64,000 nt of DNA from a virus, in IMG/VR virus record IMGVR_UViG_2599185261_000001, positions 2,531 through 66,530 of that record, one strand, 5' to 3'. Positions within the stretch are counted from its first letter, which is position 1. The number at the start of each line of letters is the position of its first letter. The notes under the pieces are model-generated. The model saw nothing but the letters and a program-made list of their open reading frames with translations. It had not been told where the DNA came from and searched no databases. A program made the translations under genes and the position numbers. Shown one piece after another: positions 32,327 to 40,711 of this stretch.

Positions 32327-32661
32327 ACGTGATGCGCCTCTTTAAATGTGAAATTGAGCTTAACGTTACCGCCCACCATTGAGTACTTTATTGATTCTTT
32401 CTCTACTCGATAAGTACCTAATTCATTGAATTGATTGCGCCAAATAAACGCTTTCGTTACATGGTCACGCACAAAGTCTAGGATTGGTGATATCTGTTCG
32501 ATGGTACCAATCTGACTTAACTGAATCGTTTTAGTCTCTGAGTTAATTCCCTTTTCGACAACTTGCTCGTAACCATCGCCGAATTTGACCTCTGAAACAT
32601 CCTTAGTAATCGATGTCTCAAGGCCATCCTGAATCTGTACTTTGAATTTGAATTCGTCCAT
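32323..32661 (-). CDS. Minor tail protein M
   Basis: VKFGDGYEQ....GIN and F.W motifs; synteny. Confidence 0.9.
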   Translation of the reverse strand: MDEFKFKVQIQDGLETSITKDVSEVKFGDGYEQVVEKGINSETKTIQLSQIGTIEQISPILDFVRDHVTKAFIWRNQFNELGTYRVEKESIKYSMVGGNVKLNFTFKEAHHV

Positions 32662-32680
32662 TTTGCTTGCTCCAGAAACG

Positions 32681-32709
32681 AAAAAACCGCCTTGGGGCGG
32701 TTTGTTTTT
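32681..32709 (-). terminator. Terminator closing the retron operon
   Basis: AAACCGCC/GGCGGTTT stem with tracts on both sides. Confidence 0.75.
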
Positions 32710-32724
32710 TGTATTTTAAATTCT

Positions 32725-33657
32725 TTATAAATTTGAAAAATATTCAATTTTGTGCTGCAGTCTAGTATCTATTAATTTCAGTGCGTTAACCCGACCAAGT
32801 AATCTTTTTTTAGTAATTTCATAACAACTAGGTGCTCCACCAGATAATTTACAGGCATTTATAACAGTCAAATCTTGATATATCGCTTTATGATGCTTAT
32901 TCATTATTAAAATTTTACTTCCTTTAATAACCACACCAGTTACAATTTTATTTTCCTTACTCGCATACAATTTGGTTTTATTTGGATGAGGCGTATGATT
33001 ATTAGAAATAATGATTTTTTTTACCACTGATAAGAAAAGGTTATTTACACTATTACCAGAAAATGTAATATCATCAACATACACCGTCATTTTGGCGTTA
33101 TGCTTTTCTGCAAGCCCATTCAATTGGGAAAACATTCTAAAATTAGACCAAAAAACTAATGGCATGCTCAATTGGCTGCCAGTAGGAATATGATCATTAT
33201 AAGTAGATAATTTTGATAAAATATCTGCTACATAAACAGAACATTTCATTATATTTAAGAAAAAATTAAAAACTTTGTATCTTAGAGTGGATGGGTAGAA
33301 ACTCTTAATATCTGTTGATAATAGGTTTGTATCTCCAATGTGTACTTTGGCATTTGAAATATTTGAATGTTTTTTCTTGCCTGACTGTAAATATTCAGGG
33401 ACATTTACCCTAATCAAAAGACTAGCAATACGCCAATGAACTTTTTTTAAAACCCCTATAGGAGTTTCAATTACTCTTGTTCCATTTAAAAAAACATTGT
33501 AATTTAGTGGAGATGTAATGCAATCTTTTAATTCTGCTTCATTTATACAGAGTAGCGCAAGTAATTTTTTTTTGCTTTGCAATTTATAAAACGGTGATTG
33601 ATCTAAATGGTAGCACTTTTGATTAGAAATCAGTTTGAGTTTCTTTGTTTTTTTCAT
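32725..33657 (-). CDS. Retron reverse transcriptase
   Basis: NAKVH (NAxxH region X), DIKSFYPS, IPTGSQLS, catalytic YVDD, VTG (region Y). Confidence 0.93.
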   Translation of the reverse strand: MKKTKKLKLISNQKCYHLDQSPFYKLQSKKKLLALLCINEAELKDCITSPLNYNVFLNGTRVIETPIGVLKKVHWRIASLLIRVNVPEYLQSGKKKHSNISNAKVHIGDTNLLSTDIKSFYPSTLRYKVFNFFLNIMKCSVYVADILSKLSTYNDHIPTGSQLSMPLVFWSNFRMFSQLNGLAEKHNAKMTVYVDDITFSGNSVNNLFLSVVKKIIISNNHTPHPNKTKLYASKENKIVTGVVIKGSKILIMNKHHKAIYQDLTVINACKLSGGAPSCYEITKKRLLGRVNALKLIDTRLQHKIEYFSNL

Positions 33658-33943
33658 TTTTAGCAACCAACCATTCCATCAGTTTTAAAATTTTAGTTGT
33701 AGCCATCTTCTTAAATTTACTTGAGAGTAAATTTTTATTATGAATATTTTCAGAAAAAAACACTAAAGAAGAAACGGGCATATCAAAAATTTGCGCATAT
33801 TTATTTAATAATTCAACGCTAACAACTTTTTTATTACCTTCAATTTCTGAGAGAAACGATTTTGATATGCCAAGTTTTTCAGCAAGTTCAACTTGCTTGT
33901 AACCATGATATTGCCTGATTAATTTTAAAGCTTTGCTTAACAT
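33623..33943 (-). CDS. XRE-family HTH protein of the retron operon
   Basis: LKLIR......Q.ELAEKLGISKSFLSEIE; overlaps the RT start; GAGG RBS. Confidence 0.9.
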   Translation of the reverse strand: MLSKALKLIRQYHGYKQVELAEKLGISKSFLSEIEGNKKVVSVELLNKYAQIFDMPVSSLVFFSENIHNKNLLSSKFKKMATTKILKLMEWLVAKNEKNKETQTDF

Positions 33944-33978
33944 AGCATCCTCACTTATGAAATTTAGGGGACCGCTAA

Positions 33979-34125
33979 CTATTCATCACCTTCAAAAAAC
34001 CTAAGAGCATCATATACTAGAATTGCTAAGCGGATAAGCATTTTCAACACTTTCCATGATGACCTTTCTTTTTTCTCTGGTTTCTTTTTACTAGCGTCTT
34101 TTGAAAACAATAATTTGATTAACAT
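33979..34125 (-). CDS. Unannotated 48-aa basic/amphipathic small protein, candidate retron effector
   Basis: AAAAGGT RBS, then MLIKLLFSKDASKKKPEKKERSSWKVLKMLIRLAILVYDALRFFEGDE*; below the ORF-track length cut-off. Confidence 0.7.
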   Translation of the reverse strand: MLIKLLFSKDASKKKPEKKERSSWKVLKMLIRLAILVYDALRFFEGDE

Positions 34126-34129
34126 ATAT

Positions 34130-34377
34130 TTTACCTTTTGGTTTTCTACATACACTATGCATGTAGTTTCGCCTAACCAAGAAGCTGGAGATTTTCAAAA
34201 GTTAACCCCTAGATTCCGCGCTGCGTTTTCGCCGCAGCGCGGGACTTGCGGTTTGCTCTCCGTGATACGCCTGCGTATCACGGGGGGAGACCGTAAGAGA
34301 GTAGTAGAAAACAAATTCATGCTTTCCATTGAGTTTTCACTCAAGTTATTTGGCGATTATTTCTCCTAAATTATTGC
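34130..34377 (-). ncRNA. Retron non-coding RNA (msr/msd-like structured leader)
   Basis: GC-rich hairpins at 34214-34244 and 34245-34297 inside the inverted repeat GTTTTCTAC (34141-34149) / GTAGAAAAC (34304-34312), between the promoter and the small ORF; exact ends uncertain. Confidence 0.75.
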
Positions 34378-34383
34378 CTTGCA

Positions 34384-34435
34384 ATTATAGGGCGGACAGA
34401 ATACTAAGTCAACAAAAAAATTCGCTCAAAGCGAA
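34384..34435 (-). promoter_or_regulatory. Retron promoter with adjacent palindromic operator candidate
   Basis: Minus strand TTGACT (34412-34407), 17 bp, TATAAT (34389-34384); TTCGCT-CAA-AGCGAA at 34421-34435. Confidence 0.75.
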
Positions 34436-34654
34436 CAAACTTAATAACAAATAGTGCATACTAAAATTATACAGATTACACATAACTCTTCCAATTAGCC
34501 TCTACAATTAAAAAGTAGCGCTCAAAAAATAAAGCCCTAAGCTAAATTTAGGGCTCTTGCCTTATCTTAATTTTATATCACACCACACAACTTTCTCTAT
34601 CAAAGCCAAAAAGTCTTTTATAAAAAAGTATCTAACCATTTTCTTTGTTAGGAT

Positions 34655-35446
34655 TTAAAAACCTTTTTTGTTCAACTTTGCATACGCATCACAACCGTAT
34701 TGTTCGCCATTATCACAAGATAATCCAAAATACTCCTTTGCTTTATCAAGATTTTGCTCAACACCATATCCTTCAGCATACATTGACCCAAGCATTGCTT
34801 GTGCAATTGCTGATCTCTTATCAGCCGCTGATTCTAAGTACCATTTTGCTTTTTGATAATCTTGTTTAACTCCTTGACCTTCAGCATACATTACCCCAAG
34901 AATTGCTTGTGCAATTGTGATTCCCTTATCTGCAGCCAATTCTAAATACTTTTTTGCTTTATAAAAATCTGGCTCAGTGCCTTGACCATTATAATACATC
35001 AAACCAAGCATCTCTTGAGCTTTAATATCCCCTCTATCAGCTGCTAGTTCGAAGTATTTTTTTGCTTTGGAATAATCCTGCTTAATGCCTTGACCATCAA
35101 AATACAAACTAGCAAGCATCGTTTGTGCTGGAAGATTTCCCTTATCAGCCGCTAGTTCTAAATACTCTTTTGCTTTCTGGTAGTCTTGTTTTACTCCTTT
35201 GCCTTCAGCATACATCCCAGCAAGCATGGATAGTGCAACATCACTTCCCTTATTCGCAGCTAATTCAAAATATTCTCTTGCTTTATAATAATCTTGCTCA
35301 ACATAACGGCCTTCATAATATTTAAAACCCAAAGTTAATCCCATATTTATATTATCTTGATCAATCTTATTTCCTAAACTTGCAACATCTGCAGAAACCG
35401 AGAATGACAACAAACAGACAATACAAAACAATATTTTTTTCATCAC
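34655..35446 (-). CDS. Sel1-repeat exported protein (prophage moron)
   Basis: About six 36-aa SLR repeats (G.GVKQDY.KAK.Y.E.AA.KG); signal peptide. Confidence 0.9.
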   Translation of the reverse strand: MMKKILFCIVCLLSFSVSADVASLGNKIDQDNINMGLTLGFKYYEGRYVEQDYYKAREYFELAANKGSDVALSMLAGMYAEGKGVKQDYQKAKEYLELAADKGNLPAQTMLASLYFDGQGIKQDYSKAKKYFELAADRGDIKAQEMLGLMYYNGQGTEPDFYKAKKYLELAADKGITIAQAILGVMYAEGQGVKQDYQKAKWYLESAADKRSAIAQAMLGSMYAEGYGVEQNLDKAKEYFGLSCDNGEQYGCDAYAKLNKKGF

Positions 35447-35537
35447 GACCTCAATTGTAAATGGATACAGTTCAATTTAAGTTACTATAATAACCCAAAC
35501 CGAACAAAACTTGAATCCATAGACAATGAGGCCAGTT

Positions 35538-38500
35538 TTATCGCCCAATCCTATTGTTAATCACCTGATGAATAATCCCACCTTGTTTAGTCTCTTTCAT
35601 GATTGCTTCACGAACGACACCTCCGATTACTTTACCTAGATTATCTCCACCGCCAGAAGTGCTTGATTGAGTCTCAGTGTTGCCACCGTTGTTGTTTACA
35701 ACTACGCTGACGTGGATGTCGCCTGTGCCCAACCCTATCATAGAAGGGATATGAGAATTGTTGACTGTGGGAGCCATCCCACCTCCAACGGCACCACCTT
35801 GAGCATAACCTCCATGCGCCCTATTCATGATCTCATAAAGATTCCGAACACCTAACCTCTGTGTAGCCTCTTTGGTAAAAACAAATTCACCTTTATGAAC
35901 AATACCAGCTGGTTCGTATTTATTTCCTGTTCCTGTAAATCCACCACTAGACTTACCTGGTAACCCCAAAAATGAACCAAAAGCGGTGCCAGTGAAAGCT
36001 GTTTGTATTGCGCTAAACATAGCCATTTTTACAATCATGCTTGATAAATCACGGATTACTGACTTAGCCAAATCAGCAAAATCTGCTTTACCTGTCATAA
36101 CCATATCTGTTAACGCATCAGATATTCCATTGAACGCACCAGAACAGACCTGAGCTACATTGGTCGATACGCTCATAGCATTCGCTGCATAATCATTCCA
36201 AGCCTTAACAGCCCCATTTTTCCAGCTACCCTCAGCTTCAGATAATTCCGCATAGGCCCTCTTGCTATACTCAATTGCAGATTGTTGCTGTAATGCCAAT
36301 GAAGCTGCATACATAGGACCAGCAATACCTGCGTTACCAATCTCCTCTCGTTTTTGAGTAAACTGATTTTTGATTTGCTGCTCCCTAGCATATTGAGCCG
36401 CTTGCTTGGAGCTCATTGTCAAGGTAGCTAATTGTTGCTTGAGATTCTCCTCTTGGTTTCGTTGCTCAAGAGAAATCTGTTTGCTTATATCTAGATAGGC
36501 TTGTTTTCCATTGACCATCTTTGCAATTATTGCTTCTTCTTGCAGTGATGATCTTATAAGTGACTCCTGAGCAAGCAATGCCAAATCATCTGCAGTTTGA
36601 GCCTTGCCTTTTATTAATAAGATTCGCTCCTCAAATTCAGCAAGGCGCTTTTCCTCTGCAGTTAACTTCTCGCTTGCTCTTAATTGCTCTGTCAGAGTTC
36701 GCAAGCGTTCTTTTGAATCAAGTAATGCCCTGATGCCTGAGTCGTCTTTAGCACCGCCACCGCCTTTAGAGCCCTTTTCTCTTTCAGAATTAAGTTCATT
36801 TTGTTTGTCAATTTTTAACCGAGTTTGCGCGGCTTGTGTAGCTGACTCTTCATTAAATCCCTCTTTTTCCAAATAGTCCTGTTTGTAACTTGCTAAAGTT
36901 CTTTTCTCCTTATCGACAATCTTCGTAATTTCAAGCTCTTTTTGTAATCTAGCAAGTTCAGCTGTAACACTTTCAGGAGGACCCATAGAATCAGCTAAAC
37001 TCACATTCATTGCAGCTTGCATTTGTCCTAGTGCATATGCTATTCCAGAGCCTAGATTTCGCCATGCTACTGCTTGTTGACCTAAATTAATTGCTGCTTG
37101 AGTACCTTTAGTGATTGTTTGTTCTTGAGTAAAATTCAAAATTGATAAAGCCGTTTTATCTTTATCAACTAATACTGTGTGCTTAGCTGTTTCATCGTTT
37201 AATTTTTGCCGTAATACGATGATTTCTTGTTCCAACCTTGCATCTTTCTCATCTCTGAATTTATCTCCTTCGCCATAAGTTTCATTTTGAGATTTAATCT
37301 TAGCCCTTTCTAGTTTTAAGCTTGCAATTTTATCTTGTAAACCCTTTATTTCATTTACTGAATCAAGAATTGGTTGCTTGAGAGCGTTACGCAAAGCGCC
37401 TGTCTCATATGATATCTGCCTAATAGAATCAAGGGTAAGACTTGATGCGTTTGCTTTCATCTTTTCCATTTCATCATTAATTGATTTGTTAGATTCTTTT
37501 AGCTGAATAACCAGTCCATCTAATCCAAGCTTTACTAAATCTCTTTGTTTCTTTAGCTCAATAATCTTTTCTTGGGCTTCTTGATCGTTTTTAAACAATT
37601 TCCCAAATGTAGCTTTAGATCCTTCATAGCTAGAAATATCATTTTCAAGCTTATCTAACTCCTCTCTTTGATTTCTTATTTTTTCAATAATCGAAAATGA
37701 ATCACTGTTAGATTTTACAATAGAAAAGCTTGCTACTTTCTTCATAGAATTAGCTAAATTTTCCATTTCTTTGCCTAAGTTAACCGCTTCCTCTCTAGCT
37801 TGCTTAGACTTTTCATAAAAGTAATAAAGTGCGCTAGCGGCAATTATAGCAACTCCAGCTTTCCCCCCTATTGCGCCTAAAGCTCTATTCATTGTAGATA
37901 ATGATGCTGCCCTTGCTTGTGCTGCTGCAGTTGCGTTAGTTGCTTGGCCAAGTGCTTGCTCGCTTTGTCTTGCTTGCATGTTTGCTCTAACTAATCTTAG
38001 TCTGGCCGCCTCTAAATTTCTATTAGCTTGAGCGGCTCTATCAGTTCCTGCAGCAGCTTGTTGTTCAGCTAATCTCTGATTTACAAGATTTTGAATTCTA
38101 GCTTGGTTAGCGACCCTATCTAAATTTGTTCTAATTGCTTGTGTTTTAGCTGACTGAGCTTGAGTGACCGCTAATTGAGCCTCTGACCTTAATAATGTTA
38201 GATTTGCATTAGCCGCTTGAATTCTTGATTGACTAAATTTAACAGCCCAAACAACCGCAGACATCATTCCTACTGCTAAAGCTGTCTTTATAACTGTTGC
38301 AACCGTTGCTGAATTTTCCTCAAGTGCTTTCACTGCGCTGGTAGCAAGACTTACACCATCAGTAAATTCACTCATGAATGAAGCACCCATCTTCACTTTA
38401 AGATCATCAACGTAACGGCTCATTGATCGTAATTGTTTGCCAGCCTCGCTCATAGATGCTTCATAAGCACCTGATATCATTGCACCTCGTTCCATTACCG

Positions 38501-39092
38501 CATTAACACGAGCTTGTGTCTTTTCTTGCTCAGTCAATGAATTAGCTGTTTTACCTATTTGTGCAGCCATCTTCTTATAGGCTTCTTCAAAGTTAACCGT
38601 GATACCGATTGTTCTCAGTACATCTGTTTGCGCAGTCTGAACACCGTAAATCAAGCGACTGTAAGCCTCTGATGAATTTAAACCACCAATAACAGCGGCA
38701 TCTTGCGCTAAACGAGCAAGACCTGTAGCTTTAGATAGGTCAATATTCGCTTGGATTAGATTCGCAATACTCGAACGAGACTCAAGCGCACTGATCCCTG
38801 TTTTTTTCAGCGCACCTTCAACATCTAATAATTGCTTGGAAGTATATCCTGCATTCATACCAATCGCTTTCATCGTAACACCAAGCTCACGGTATCGAGC
38901 ATTGGCCATTGTTGCTTCTTTAACGATTTTAGTGAGACTGGTACCAATGATGAATCCCGCAAAGGCCTTACCTAGCTCTTTGACTGTCATCGCTGAGTTT
39001 TTGCCTGTTTCATCTAAATCTAATAATGCTTGTTTCGCATCCTTAACTTCTTTTGTGTTGATCCTTAAGTGCAGGTTTGCTATGTCTGTCAT
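35538..39092 (-). CDS. Tail tape-measure protein
   Basis: 1184 aa, Ala-rich helical; lambda-type C-terminus (GKADFADLAKSV, GGFTG.G.KYEPAGIVHKGEFV). Confidence 0.95.
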   Translation of the reverse strand: MTDIANLHLRINTKEVKDAKQALLDLDETGKNSAMTVKELGKAFAGFIIGTSLTKIVKEATMANARYRELGVTMKAIGMNAGYTSKQLLDVEGALKKTGISALESRSSIANLIQANIDLSKATGLARLAQDAAVIGGLNSSEAYSRLIYGVQTAQTDVLRTIGITVNFEEAYKKMAAQIGKTANSLTEQEKTQARVNAVMERGAMISGAYEASMSEAGKQLRSMSRYVDDLKVKMGASFMSEFTDGVSLATSAVKALEENSATVATVIKTALAVGMMSAVVWAVKFSQSRIQAANANLTLLRSEAQLAVTQAQSAKTQAIRTNLDRVANQARIQNLVNQRLAEQQAAAGTDRAAQANRNLEAARLRLVRANMQARQSEQALGQATNATAAAQARAASLSTMNRALGAIGGKAGVAIIAASALYYFYEKSKQAREEAVNLGKEMENLANSMKKVASFSIVKSNSDSFSIIEKIRNQREELDKLENDISSYEGSKATFGKLFKNDQEAQEKIIELKKQRDLVKLGLDGLVIQLKESNKSINDEMEKMKANASSLTLDSIRQISYETGALRNALKQPILDSVNEIKGLQDKIASLKLERAKIKSQNETYGEGDKFRDEKDARLEQEIIVLRQKLNDETAKHTVLVDKDKTALSILNFTQEQTITKGTQAAINLGQQAVAWRNLGSGIAYALGQMQAAMNVSLADSMGPPESVTAELARLQKELEITKIVDKEKRTLASYKQDYLEKEGFNEESATQAAQTRLKIDKQNELNSEREKGSKGGGGAKDDSGIRALLDSKERLRTLTEQLRASEKLTAEEKRLAEFEERILLIKGKAQTADDLALLAQESLIRSSLQEEAIIAKMVNGKQAYLDISKQISLEQRNQEENLKQQLATLTMSSKQAAQYAREQQIKNQFTQKREEIGNAGIAGPMYAASLALQQQSAIEYSKRAYAELSEAEGSWKNGAVKAWNDYAANAMSVSTNVAQVCSGAFNGISDALTDMVMTGKADFADLAKSVIRDLSSMIVKMAMFSAIQTAFTGTAFGSFLGLPGKSSGGFTGTGNKYEPAGIVHKGEFVFTKEATQRLGVRNLYEIMNRAHGGYAQGGAVGGGMAPTVNNSHIPSMIGLGTGDIHVSVVVNNNGGNTETQSSTSGGGDNLGKVIGGVVREAIMKETKQGGIIHQVINNRIGR

Positions 39093-39157
39093 TTTCTATG
39101 CTCCAGAAACGAAAAAACCGCCTCGAGGGCGGTTGAACTTATGAATTATCTTACGTA

Positions 39158-39562
39158 TTATTTTGTTGCTACTGTATTTATTATAAGCTTGCTTGCTGCT
39201 TCAATTGTATTTTCTGCGTGCAAAATAACAGAATCAACTGCCATTTGAGATATATTTCTATTTAGATCGTAGTCGCTTTCATTTCTTTTCTTCCTCATAA
39301 AAGCTAACATATTCGCTATAGCACCCGCAGTTACTTTATCATATTTTGTTGGTAATGCCTTATCATTAAATTTACCTTTAAGATATTTTATCAAGTTATC
39401 ATGTGCTGAAGGTCTTAAATCTGGTGGATCGATTAGTTGAGACAGAACCTCATGATAAGCTGAATAATAAGCCCTTGATATAGAACACCGAAAGTTAACT
39501 TCATTTTTTGTTTGATTGCATTGTTTCGCAAAATCTAAAAATTCAGATGGCTTTATAGACAT
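39158..39562 (-). CDS. HEPN-domain protein (copy 1)
   Basis: ISRAYYSAYH...H..L...RNESDYDL. Confidence 0.8.
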   Translation of the reverse strand: MSIKPSEFLDFAKQCNQTKNEVNFRCSISRAYYSAYHEVLSQLIDPPDLRPSAHDNLIKYLKGKFNDKALPTKYDKVTAGAIANMLAFMRKKRNESDYDLNRNISQMAVDSVILHAENTIEAASKLIINTVATK

Positions 39563-40341
39563 TAATTAGTAGCTCCATCTAAATGATCATAATCATCATA
39601 ATCAAAACCTATAACTAGATCAGATTCAAGCAATCCTCTTTTAGATAATTCAAATGATAACTCTAAATTCATATCAGCAATATCTTTTGGCTTTGCTACT
39701 ACATAAAAAATCAAGGAAAAATCATTGCTTGATGGTTGAGAGACTTGTCCAATGTAGGCTTTATGTTTTTGAGCGTAACTTAAAGCTATTCTATGAATTT
39801 CTTTATACTGAGTTTTATCAATAAATCTCATAACAAAACCCTCAACATTGGCTGTTTCATCAAAATTAATACCGTGTTTACATAAATCAATCTTTAATTT
39901 GTGTAAATTAGCGACAATAGACTTACGAAAATCAATATCCCCAAAAATTAATGAATAAAAAAATAATTTCACTAAAACCATTTCATCAAAAGGGTAAGTT
40001 TTTAATGCGGTTTCCATAGCATTAGGCATTTTTTCATACTCTGATAGCATCCATAGCGTTGTTAAATAGTTATAACAACAATCAGCGTCAACTAATGAAT
40101 ATGATTGTAATTTACAAATACCTGAATTTATATTCCCTCTAAGTATATCTAGAAAAGCATCACAAGTAATTGCCCGTATGCTATTTTCTACTAGTAGCTC
40201 ATCTTTTATTTTTTTGTGCATTTGAGCTAATTCAATTTCATTTTCAACGAAATCATTTTTAAAGTCTCTAAACTTACTTTTCATCAAAAATTGAAGTCTT
40301 TCAAAAATAACACTTGAATTTGTAGCTGGTTGTATTTTCAT
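39562..40341 (-). CDS. Hypothetical helical protein coupled to HEPN copy 1
   Basis: TAATG stop/start overlap with the HEPN gene; distantly similar to 43577-44365. Confidence 0.75.
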   Translation of the reverse strand: MKIQPATNSSVIFERLQFLMKSKFRDFKNDFVENEIELAQMHKKIKDELLVENSIRAITCDAFLDILRGNINSGICKLQSYSLVDADCCYNYLTTLWMLSEYEKMPNAMETALKTYPFDEMVLVKLFFYSLIFGDIDFRKSIVANLHKLKIDLCKHGINFDETANVEGFVMRFIDKTQYKEIHRIALSYAQKHKAYIGQVSQPSSNDFSLIFYVVAKPKDIADMNLELSFELSKRGLLESDLVIGFDYDDYDHLDGATN

Positions 40342-40566
40342 TATATTTTCTTGGATATCTGAAAAAAGCCTTAAAACTTAAAGAAAGTTTCCAAAATAGC
40401 AATTATCAGTAATCTGACATTATTAGTTAGATTGCTGGGTAGAGGTTGTTAAAAAACAAAATAAGCGCCCTAGGCGCTCATCCATGATTGTTTTTGTCTT
40501 AAAGAGCAATAGCTAAGCTATTTATATCATTTTTCCACTTTAAACACAGCTTGTGTTTTAATGCGT

Positions 40567-40595
40567 ATTATAGGGCGCAAAGAGCAAAAGCGCAA
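40567..40595 (-). promoter_or_regulatory. sigma70 promoter for the HEPN cassette 1
   Basis: Minus strand TTGCGC, 17 bp, TATAAT. Confidence 0.6.
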
Positions 40596-40711
40596 TGAAA
40601 AAACATCTCAAAAAGGTTGACATTTTGATAAAGCAAACCGCATAAGGCTTTAAACCCTGCAATACATTGCATCACAGGATTTCTTCTAAGGTGAATTTTT
40701 TATTACAACAA

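Noticed and set aside
32725..33657. RT as a DGR, group II intron or CRISPR-associated RT
   Set aside because: It has retron NAxxH and VTG motifs, no maturase or endonuclease extension, no Avd-like gene, no template/variable repeat pair that I could find, and no cas genes.
34115..34369. 84-aa plus-strand ORF over the retron leader
   Set aside because: TTG start without an RBS, antisense to the operon, and spanning GC hairpins better explained as nucleic-acid structure.
34655..35446. Sel1 gene as part of the retron system
   Set aside because: The retron has its own promoter downstream of it, with a hairpin (~34533-34555) in between, and the Sel1 protein is exported and resembles a host paralogue.
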